This document shows positions 36,401 to 48,400 of a DNA stretch of 64,000 nucleotides, piece by piece (position 1 is the stretch's first letter; the number at the start of each line of letters is the position of its first letter). Source of the stretch: Asterias rubens (taxonomy: Eukaryota); NCBI RefSeq assembly GCF_902459465.1, contig NC_047062.1:14012001-14076000 (forward strand), in the 5' to 3' direction. A model generated the notes under the pieces. That model was given only the letters and a program-made list of their open reading frames with translations. It did no database searches and was not told the origin of the DNA. The translations under genes and the position numbers were made by a program.

Positions 36401-39400
36401 ATCAATACAGAATTTACAGATATTTTGTAACATCCCAGAGCAGATGACCAAACAGCTTTTACCAAATACTCACGATTTCCGACGGGCTCCTTGCCCATGA
36501 TCTTGATCTGTCAAAATTTACCAGAAAAGAAATAAACAATGTTCAATTTCCTCATTAGGTACAAGCAGTGTTATGTCTGGAATGTATTTTTGTTTCGATT
36601 CTGTTTGTGTAATGTTTCCCTTCATGCAGTCATACAATGTACACTTCTTTGGAACAGTAGACGACAGAAATTTATTTTTTGCCAATGTCTAGATTACTTA
36701 TCAAAGAAGTCTTGCCGCTTACAAATGCTTGAAGATTATTTTACTTTCCCTATGTAAACCCTGTTGCGATAAAGAATTGTTGGTACTTACTTTCATGCTC
36801 AGGAGACTGGAGATCTCTATGATCACTGTAGTCTTTTTTCAACTGAGTGAAGACAAATACAAAATACAGTCACTAAAGCCATTTGCAAGTTAGATTTGAG
36901 TAATGTCTGATACAATGACTTGATTAGTCATAATTTCTTGCTTAAATTTGCATTCCTCAGACTATAGGAACAGCTGCTATGTCGAATGATAAGCTTTGGT
37001 GAAGCAATTTTCAGATGAGCAATTCCTGGTACCATTGTGCCATTTTTCGCTTACACAGCTAGCGCAAAAAATTTAAGCTCTTGCCCTATAAGCGAAGAAT
37101 GTTGATCGCAAGCACAGAATGATGAGGTAGAAAGAACCATAAGACTGGGCCTGATCGTACGTTGGAGTAGCCGTAGCTGCCTATTCAGACATGGCCTATG
37201 ATATACCTTGAGATAGGTACTGGGTACCAGACCACGATTTCCCTCTTCATCCTCAGCCATCCACCATCCATCCTCCCTGAATAAAACAGAAATCGCAAAC
37301 TGCTCAATGATCTCTCGATAACTCTGGGAGTAATGTTAGGTATCAAGAATAGTACTAGGTTCATTTTCTAAATCAAGTCATAGAAAGCTGGCATTTGTCC
37401 TTTCCATTTACACATGATAAAACAAAAAACTTACAATTTTGTACTAAAAGAAAAATTGCAGTATGGTGGTATACCAGAGCTGTCAACTATTGCATCTTGC
37501 AATCAGGGGAAATTTGAGAATTACATTCAACATAAAAGATAAAAAAAGAATTGTTTATCAGAGTATGGAACGAATGGGTTTTTCCCCCAGGTACTTTTTG
37601 CAGAGCCAGGCAGAGTTGACAGCTCTTGAATGGGTTTGTTTTTCAGACTGTAAGACTCAGAAGGCACTGGTCATACAATGTTTATCACACATCTGGGCCC
37701 AATTTCATAGAGCTGCTTAAGCACAAAATTTTGCTTAAGCAAAAAAATCCTTGCTTAGTAAAGTCAGATTACCGGCCAAGACTCCACTCAATTGTTATGC
37801 TATTAGTAAACCACAGCTAAATACCAGTCACAAGCAATGTGTATGGCATGAAATTTTTGCCAGTAACATAGGAAAAATAAACGAGCTATTTTCGTCCTTA
37901 AGCAAATTTTTTGCTTAAGCAGCTCTATGAAATTGGCCCCAGTAGACAGCAACACCACAAGGTTGTTTTTTTATCGCCTATGTCAACTTTATGATAAGTT
38001 AGCAAATAACTTTCATATTATATGCAATTGTTAAGTGTGTTACAAAAACACTTGGACATTTTCACTGTCTTGTTGATTTAGTCATTTGACTGTTTAGCAC
38101 ACTGTCCTCCTCATTAACATACCTTGCGTTTAGGACAGTGACAATGTCACCACATCTAAAGCCAAGATCTTCAGTTTGCTCCGGATTGAAGTCGCAAACA
38201 GCCTCAAACCTCTCCATCTACAAACAAAATAATATTAACTCAAATCAGTCTTAATCCGAACTTTTTCCAAAATGAGACCAAAGTGTATTGAATTTAACAT
38301 GACAAATGTTTGTTTACTCATATTTAACACTTTGTGATGCAAAAAGAGATGTTCCGACTTCTATACATTTTTCATGTAATGGACTTTGACTTGTATGATC
38401 GGTTTGTGGTAACACCAATGATCACTTGGCTGTGTAGATTTTTTATTTTTTTGGGGGGGAGAGGAACTTGGTCTTGTATTATACTGCCGCAGAGTAGATT
38501 TCAAAATTCAGGAGACTACTGAATTCTGAAAAGAACTGTCCTGCTTATTAACTTCTACCTGGGCCCAATTTCATAAAACTGTTAACATTAAGCAGAAAAT
38601 ACTGCCTGACAAATTTCTTTGCTGAGCAAGAATTAATTGGGGCACCAGTCACAGCAATGTAAGATTAAGGTAAATTTGACTGGTAACCTGTTTCTGTTTA
38701 GCAATACCTATTCCAGTCATTGTAAAATCAGCAGTTAGCTTAGCTGGACTCGAACCCACAACCTTGACATAGCTAGTCCCTCAGTCTAGCCACTTGACAA
38801 ATTAATCGATCATAAATAAGTACCCCTTCATCAGGAGGTTGGAACACTCCATCACTGACGGCAGAGTCTCCGGTTACTCCAAGTTCATCTTCGGAATCCT
38901 CATCTTCATATTCATCTTCCTCCTCCTCCTCATCTTCTTCATCATCGACTTCTTCGTCTTCATCCTCCCTGGCAAGGGAAAATAATTAAGAAAGACATTC
39001 AGGGGTGAGAGTCAAAGCTGACAGAAAAGTCTGAAACTTGGATCCAGATCTTTGGAGGTCTGGTGAAGTGATGACATTTCCACATCTTGATAACCCCTGG
39101 AGTTATAGACTCCACAGAGCTACTGGGAATAGCATCCTCGGCACTAGAGATGTAGATCAAAGAGTAGGATGCATCATTGTGTTACCCAAGGCGGACTTTA
39201 AAAAGTCTGAGTTCAGATAAAAGATTTCTCATCCCTGTAAATTAGTCAGTCTGAACCGTGTGGAACATTTTCTATTAGCCATTCACATAGCAATCTGCCA
39301 TACATGGACTTGACTCATGGGATACTATCACAATGTCAGGTTTAAGAACAAAACGAGGGAGTAGAATTAGATAATACAAAAATAGATAAAGAAATTGAGT

Positions 39401-42400
39401 TAGTTCAAGGCCATCCCGAGAGTTGATGAAGAGCGGAGTCCCCAATAATTTTTTTTTTAAACTGCCTAAAAGAACACGCGACTATAAGCCACAGAAATAA
39501 CTGGCAAATGGAACTTCGCCACCCTTGACCCAATTTCATAGAGCTGCTGAGTTGCAAAAAAAAGCTAAGCACAACAAAACTATGCCGACCAGAATAAGTA
39601 CAGGCCTAACCGCCATGTCACAAGTACAATTTGCAACTAGTATCCTGCTAATTTTTGCTCAGCAGAAACGTTTTAAGCTAATTTTCTCTGCTTAAGAAAC
39701 CCTATAAAATTGGGGCCAGATTGTGGAATACGTTTATCTTACTCCTCTTCCTCTTCTTCATCTTCCAATTCCTCCTCCTCTCCAGACACATCTTCCTCCT
39801 CCTCAGACACCTCCTTCCCATCCTCCTCCTCATCTTCGTATTCATCCTCATCATCATCTTCATCTTCGTAAGAATCTTCATCGTCTTCCAACTCTACTGC
39901 AGCTTGTTTGGAAGCCTGTTTTCCTTTTGGTTCTTCTTTCTTGCTTGACGCTCCTTTCTTTTGAGTTCCTGTCTCCTTGATGTCAGCTTCTCCTCCAGCT
40001 GTTGTAGCCTTCCTAAAAATGGACAAATTATACATTCAAAAATAAATCTTTTAGCTAAAATATTGTTTCAATATTATTTTGAAATTATAGGGCTTGAGAA
40101 AAGGTACATAGATAATATAACTGAAACAAATTACTGTGGAAGATTTTAACATTTGTGACCCTCAAAGTGATCTTGCATTTCTTGATGAGTGATACTAATG
40201 TACTTAAGCTGCAGTATGTTTTTTCCAGCCAAAATCAAGAGCTGTTTTAGACATGAGTTGCTTCAGCAGCAACATACACATTTGTTTTTTTTCTACCCTA
40301 AATAAACATATTGAAACTTGACAGATCTACAATGCTAGTTCCACAACAACTTCCCTACTTGCTCTTATAACTTTTATTGATTATTTTTGGGTGACTGTGC
40401 CTGTTCTGCTTGCGTGAATGTTGCAAATGTTTTAAAACAGTTTCTGGTGGAACGAGCTGTACTGCCGACATTAGCGACTATAGCATCTAGGACGATTGGA
40501 CGAACACACGGCATGGCAGAAACTTAAATAATAGATGCTACTGTATCATCATTATACAGTCGTTAGGGGTGAATTTCATTTTGTGTGTTAACAATATATA
40601 GGAAACTATAAATGGCATGACTATGGGCTGAAATATTAAAAGCAGTTGCGTCAGTTTTGCACTCACATAATTCCACTGAGCTGCAACGTTTGCAAAATAT
40701 TTGCGCAAGCAGAGCGGACACAGCCTTGGTTGCACACATATGGGAAAAAATAATTAAAAAGACACCAATTATAATAGTTTCAGTTTTTGCCCTCCACCAG
40801 TATTGGAAAATACTCAAAGTTTTAACTCAGAGGCTTATAACTTAGCCTCAAGTTTACGTCTTCCTATGGACCGATCCGGCCTGTCAATCAAACTGTGCGC
40901 ATTCACCCATTTGACCGATCACAGCAATGATTGTGGTCGGACAAACTCGGTCATGCACGTATATTTGGCACGCGCAGCAGAATCGGGCAGAATTTCATTG
41001 GGAGTGCTCGTACACGTGTCTTGCTCACGTGCGCTGTGGGCGGAGCTTCGTGGAAAGCCGGAACGGTCCATTGTGAGCTTGACTTATTTTTGTGCAGTTT
41101 ATACATTAAAAAGGTTACATGAAATTTCCACAATTCCACATCAAAAAACACACACATTATGTTAGTATGATGAGAGTGCATCTACTAAAAAAATGGGTTC
41201 ATATGTGTAGTGAGGAGGGGATGGATGGGATAGTGCATTGCACAATTTTTATTACAAAGCAGCATCCAAAAACTGTGCATTAAAGCGATTAGAATAATAT
41301 CACATACTGACTTACAAAACATCAGATGAAGAATGCCATGTACAAGTAAGGGGTTAGTTAACATCAAGGTTAGAAGATAAATACATTATTGGTAATCACT
41401 CCCCCCAAAAAATACAAAATATACCAAATATATAATGGTTTGGAGGTTTGTTTTTACCCCCTACACCAATGTTTTTGAGCACTGTAAAATATCACTGGCA
41501 AAATACTGTTACACAGTACTATCACACATCAGTGTATTTGTAAAAACCAAAATATATTCTTCATCAGTGTTGCAGCCACAATCGGCGGTGCCATGCGGAC
41601 CTGCCCAGAACTAACAAATTTTTATTCAGCACCCTGAGCAAAATATACTGTGCGGCCCAGCACAGATTTCACCCAGATTGCACTTCAGCAATGATGGCCC
41701 CATGTCTAAAAATGAATAATACTGTTGAACCGCTCGCCTTTGGTGGACTAAATTGAATTTAGAGCCCACCATTAAAATTGCTTTAGCTACAGTCATGACA
41801 GTACTGTTCTTCATCCCCAATACAAATTTAAATTATAAAAATTACTTGTTGCAATATGAAAATGCACTCATTATTAAGTTCATGTGGAGACTAATTCTCC
41901 AGTAAAAGTCAAGATAATATCACTAAAGCCAGCGACTGACTCTTCAGGATCACACTGCGCCTGACCATCAGGAACTTTTCAGTCGGTGATTATTTACGAC
42001 CCAAGTGTAACTGCGATGATTTTAGGACAGTCTGAAACAGTCGCCGCTCGTAAAAATTAACAGTCGCAAAAAGAGAACAAATTCAACTTGTATGACATGA
42101 TCCCGACGGTCGGGAACCAATCGCAGTTGTTGTGACCTGAGCATACTTTGTCTGCACGTTGCAAACGATTTGTTGTGGCTGCAAAAAATCTAAAGCCACC
42201 TTTAAAGACCTCAAAATTACAGGTGCCCTTTGTATATATACAAATCCTACAATATTGAAAGTTGCCCTACTTGGTTCGTACTTTGTGGTTCCTGCATCGT
42301 TAAAAATGTTCAGACTGTTCTGCAATTTTGACTGCCCAGTCAACCAGGCAAAAAGTAATATTCATGAGGATTAATGTTAAATATTCATGAGGATTATATA

Positions 42401-45400
42401 TTTATTTATATATTTATTGACCAAACCAACAGCGGACGAGCCGCCAATTACAGGAAAGGATACCAAAAAAAAACAATAAGAAATATTCATATACATGTAG
42501 CCTATATAAAAACAATCTGATATGTACAAAGTTAACAATTAAAATAGAATCATCTTAGGAAAGAAAATTAAAGCATACATTGAAGATTAAGTAAAATAAA
42601 ATAGGGAACAGAAACAGACCACCATGAACGACTGTGAAAATATATTTAAAATAAATTATAAACAGAATAAACGATAAAAAAGACAAGGGGAAAAAAAAAA
42701 AAAAAATGGATGTAAACAATACCAAATAAAATAAAACAAAACACTGTAAATACATGTATACATTAGTTACTGGAAGAGGATATGGCACTCAAAACCTGAC
42801 CACGAAAGGAATTAAGAGAAGGGGCTCCGAACACATCACAAGAACTTTGGATACTATTATATGTGGAGGAAATCCTTGACAAAAAGCCACGCTTTGTCAC
42901 ATCTACCCGATTCCTTGGCACATATAAGATGTGTTTAATAGACTGTCTAGTATTACGGTTAGGAACATGTAAGGCAAAGGGGTTATCAGGGGTCGATTTC
43001 TCAAAGCACTAAGGTTAATCTTAGGATGAGCTGTCAGTATAACCAATAGTGGTTTGTACTGTAACATCACTTGTTGCTTAGCAGTTAAGATTGATTTGCA
43101 GTTAAGATCAATCTTAGCTCTTTGTGAGATCGGCCCCAGTTTAGGTCAGTGGTGACACCATTTGAAAAAAATCTCTTTTGAGTAAATACAAAGTAGTAGT
43201 GGTGGTTCTGAAAAGAACTGAGAAGAACTGGTGGTTTGACAACTCTACAGGGGTTAATGTAGAAAGGATATTAAAACAACAATCACACTTAAATCACAAA
43301 CAATTGCTAGCCAGGGAAAAGGGGTACTCTCGTGGGAAGGAAATGACGGGTTAGATTATTCGGTAGGATTAGTCCGGTGGAATGAGGGAAGGGAAGTCCA
43401 CATGCTCCAGACCACATCACAAAACTTCCAGTAAAACTTCACCTGTCAGCCGGCTTGCGCTGGAAGAGCTTCCACCCACTGCCTCCTTTCTTCTCCTTTG
43501 GCGACTTCACAGTGTCCTCCGATTCACTGGCCTTACGTTTGCCTCCGAATGGACTCCGAGATGACTTTGAAGACTTTATTGGAACATCGTCTTCGTCGTC
43601 TTCACTGTCTTCCATTTCCTCATCCTCATCCTCATCATCCTCTTCCTCGGATCTTTCGCTTATCTCTTCCAGAGTTGCCTCAGCCTTCCCAGCTTTTCCT
43701 TTGCCACTCCCCTTCTTGCTTTCCTTCTGCTCCCTCTTTTCCCTTTCCTTCTGTTCCTTAATTTGTTTATCCTTTTCCCGCTTTTCCCGTTTCTCCTGCT
43801 CGCGTCGTTCCTTCTCAAGCAACTTCTCCTTTTTTTCTCTGTCTTTTTTCTCCTTCTTAGTCTCTCCTGCGACACTGTCCTCTGACTCTTTGGGTTTTGA
43901 AGCAGCGTCCTTGGCGCTTTTGGATGAGCGGCGGAAGATGCTGAGACGTTTCAGTTTGCTCTCTGCTTTGGGAGATGGGGACTTCTCATCCTCCTCTTCC
44001 CCGTCCTCCTCCTCCTCTTCTTCTTCATCTTTTTCATCTTCATCTTCTTCTTCATCTGATTCTTCGTCTCCCAAAGTGCTGTCAGCACTAGGCTTAATAC
44101 TGACTTTTTTGGATGGCACTTTTTGATCTGTGGCTTGGCTGATGGGAGGTTAAGCACAAGGTTGGGCACAAGCAATGAATGGCAAGAATATGTCAGCTAA
44201 TATGAATGAAAACAAATAGTTAATGACCTGACAGAGTCTTTCCTCGAAGACCCTGAGAAAAACTCTGCTAGGGTTGAAACGTCAGGCAATTAACTATTTT
44301 TTTAGTTGATACTATAGGTCCTTTTGGTTGGTAAGTAGCTTGCAACAGTTTACTCTATTTTCTCTAACATGAATAAAACAATTCAAGCAGTGTCAAACAA
44401 AACAATGATAACAAATGGAATGAATTAAATATCCTTCAGTGTTTGTCCACAGTTTATAAAGTCGTAAACGTGCCAATCATTTAGGAAAATTAAAGTCCAT
44501 TTACATGCTGCATATAATGACGGCAGTTATCATGGTCGGTGCAGAGGTTTTCCCATTATGAATTTATGCTTTAAAAATATACAATCTTGAACTCAAACAT
44601 TAACGTGAAATTGTTTTTTTTCCTCCAAAAACAACACAGGTGTAAGACACTTTTGCTGACTTCTATTTTTTCGTCCCTTGGGTTTGGCTGCCTTGATTTG
44701 AAACTAAAATGAAAACAAGATGGTTTGACATTGAACCCAATAAATAACTACAGTAACATGCAAGAAATTACATGGATGCCACAAAGGCCGTGGACTCAGT
44801 TGCCCTAATGTCGGTGTCAACTGATCGCCTTCAGTCTATTACCAAGGTATAACAAAACAATTGTTGCATGCACTGTGATAGACTCTGGGGTGTTGTACAC
44901 CCTCGGGGGCAAATGACACCATCAGCTTGGCCACAGCTGTCATTTGCCCTCCCCTGTATGTACAAAACACCATGCCCCCTTCAAACAATGCAACCGTTTA
45001 TGCTGTCTTCTCTATTATCTTTAAAGGCAGTGGCCACTATTGGTAATTACTCAAAACAATTATTAGCATAAAACCTTTCTTGAAAACGAGTAATGGGAAG
45101 AGGTTGACGGTATAAAACATTGTGAGAAACGGCTCCCTATGAAGTAATGTAGTTTTCAAGAAAGAAGTAATTTTCCACGAATTTGATTTTGAGACCTCAG
45201 ATTTAGAAATTGAGGTCTCGAAATCAAGTATCTGAAAGCACACAACTTCGTGTGACAAGGGTGTTTTTTCTTTCATTATGATCTTGCAACTTCGATGACC
45301 GATTGAGCTCAAATTTTCACAGGTTTGTTATTTTATGCATAAGTTGAGATACACCAACTGTGAAGACTAGTCTTTAACAATTACCAATAGTGGCTATTGT

Positions 45401-48400
45401 CTTTAAGCTCTCCTCTATTCCTGTTTTTGAACAGTACAATTATTTGATTCCACTAACCGGAAATACTCTTCCTCTACTTCATCTGGGACGAGGTTCTCTT
45501 GTAGTTTCTCAAGACGACTCTGTCCACAACAAAAATATTAAAACACACTGTATAATGTTGAATTTCAGCAAAATACTTCCGACTGATACATGTTGAAAAA
45601 GGAACCACCACACCTACACAAGAATCTTGGTACATGTGTGTTGTAACATACAGATGAATATGAGCTGCTTAAGCACAAAATGTTGTTAAGCTAAGCACAA
45701 CAAATATTATGCTTACCAAAATAAGGTTACCAGCCAAAATACCATGTCACATGTAGCACTGTTGACTGATAACATATTTGTACAGCAGGAAAATGTTGAG
45801 CAACATTTTCTGACTAAGCAGCAACTCAATAAAATTGGGCCCTTGTGCCCTTGTTGTACCCTTTTCTTGTAAATACATAGTTGAATGATTTTAAAGTTTT
45901 TGTAATGTATTTTGTAAGTTTTTGTATTTTTTTATATTGAATCCAACCGTATGTGGTTGCAAATAAAATGAACCTTACCTTACCTTACCTAAAAACATGC
46001 ACAGCTTTAGCACTGAGTGTTCCATCAATTAACACAAATATTACCATAAGTAGGATTTGAAACTTTGCATGGTGGAAATACGATATGAAAATGTTCGTGA
46101 TAGCACTCTGTATTGACTATCTCTAATGAGTTGGGGTGGTTCGGAAAGGGACCGTTGGTTTCAACTCATTTCAACTCTTTTCAGAACCACCCCTACTCAT
46201 TAGAGATAGTCATTACATGGTGTTACCGCAAATCTTTCCATAAAATATTACCATGTTATAGAGACTGGTTATAACTGTGCCCAATATCATAGATTTTTAT
46301 TTATTAATTAATTTTTTTCATAAATATATATATATATATATATAAAATATCAAATAATAAACCACAGGGGAAACTGACTGGGAACATTTTTTTTAAATGA
46401 TTTTGGATTGAACAAAGAAAATTGACTAGAGCGGGATTTGAACCAACGACCTCCGGTTTAACGTGCCGGCGCTCTACCAACTGAGCTATCTAGCCCTATG
46501 TTGGTGGTCTCCCAATTTATATACTTTTTTTTTGGGGGGGGGGGGGGTTGGTGGGGGGGGGCCACTGGAGTATGGTTTTACCATTCCACGGATACTGTTT
46601 GTGGCTGGTTTCCTGCTGATTTCAGTTGGGACTACAAGAGCTGTGGATTTGAGTTATGGGTTGAAATTTATAATCTTTTCAGGGGTTCCCTGGTCCAATC
46701 GGAATTAACAAGACCATACTTATTTTTGGGGTCAGAAGCTTGACCCTCTGACAAAATAAAGTATCGCATGACTAATCTTAAAATGTTGATTTGTTGAAAC
46801 TACGAGAAACCCTAGCTAACCCACAAAATACCTTCAAGGTTTTAAGTCTCTTAATCTCATCTGCTTTGACTTCATCAAACCGACTGATTGGAGTTGGTTC
46901 CTTGCCCTGAGGAGGGAGAATGTCACAAATGTTTTAATTGACTTAATCATTTAAGACCAGCATCGGGTAAAATAGGGAACAATGTTATTTTTTAATTGTT
47001 TGTAGTTTGTTTACATGATCTTTCTGCTGAGGGAACTGGGCAAACTCCCATAGGGGATATAAACAACAAGCTGGCTCCAGCCAATCTCTCTCACAGAAAG
47101 ATCAATTTAACCTATATTATTATGAATTGAACAAATCAATAAATTGTGATTCAGTAACTAGACGACACAACTCTTTCTAGTCACTGTGAAATAAGCGAGT
47201 AGCTTGGTAGGACCAAACTCTCAACCTTGTGATCGCAAGTTCTGCAGTTAAACCACAGGTCACCACGGTTATTTCCCACGACAAATTATAGTGATGTTTT
47301 TGACCTACTTCATGCCGCACTTACACAAGCCTACCATATCCGCCATTTTGGGAGTAAAAAAAATCTACACCAAGGAGAAGACTCCCAAAATGGTGGAAAT
47401 GATCGATGCAAGTTGTGCAGGGGTGCATTCCCCATGTCGTACAAGGTTTCAATACTCAGTGCTGGTTGAGTCCTGTAGGGGAAACAAAACAACTCTGGTG
47501 GGATTTGAACCCAAAACTTTCCTTTACCGTTTTGTAACACGATGGCAGTTACAATTGCATTTGAAACATTTTGTTTATCAAAATTGTTGGATTTGTTTTT
47601 CTTTTTTAAAGGAAGCCTCACATGAAATTTACCTGGTTGGAACTATGTAATCAAATTAAACAAATAAGTAAAACAGTAAAAAAGTTTCTTACACTGCATT
47701 TACCAAAGAGAGGGAACAACATAATTGTTATATTTGTAATAACAGCAAACAAAGATGCCTACCTTTGTGTGTTTTGATACTGTCTGCTCTGCCTTGGTAG
47801 CCTTCTTCACTAAATCTTTGCTTCTGTATACAAAACAAGCCAGTAAACAATTGGTAATTAAAATGAATATATTGCAAATTTGTGTCCTGTAAACATAGTG
47901 ATGTTTTTTAATAAATAATTCTGATCCTTCATATATTATTTGTTGCTCTTTTAAAAAAATGTTTGATATAATGGTTTTGGTTGTTGTGATCGGTAACTAG
48001 GTTTTAATTGGGTTGTGATTAGTTGATTTCTGAATGTTATAAGTTAAACTCTTTGAGTTAAATGATTTTAACGTTCTGATCCCTGATCCAATCCAGTTTC
48101 AGCTATTTTAGTTCAAATCATCGCAACTTTACTCGTGTTGGCAATTTGAAAGTGAACAATCGATTGAGAGAAATCACCTTTGTAGTAATTTCTGCAAGCG
48201 AAGTTTCCTGTCAGTTAATCCCATGTCTTCAATAACTCCCTGGCATTCCACTCCAAAGGCATCCACCTGGTAAAAGAAAACAAGATAACTCATTTACACA
48301 AATTTGTTTTGTCATATCATTCATGGCATACCGTCCACATTTTTTCTCTCAGCAGATAAGTGGGTTTATCTCCGGTACCCCTAGAACTACATGTACAATG

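Noticed and set aside
43455-44126. 223-aa Ser/Phe/Leu-rich + strand ORF (also 39721-39980 ORFs)
   Set aside because: Antisense shadow of the Glu/Lys/Asp-rich NPHP1 exons.
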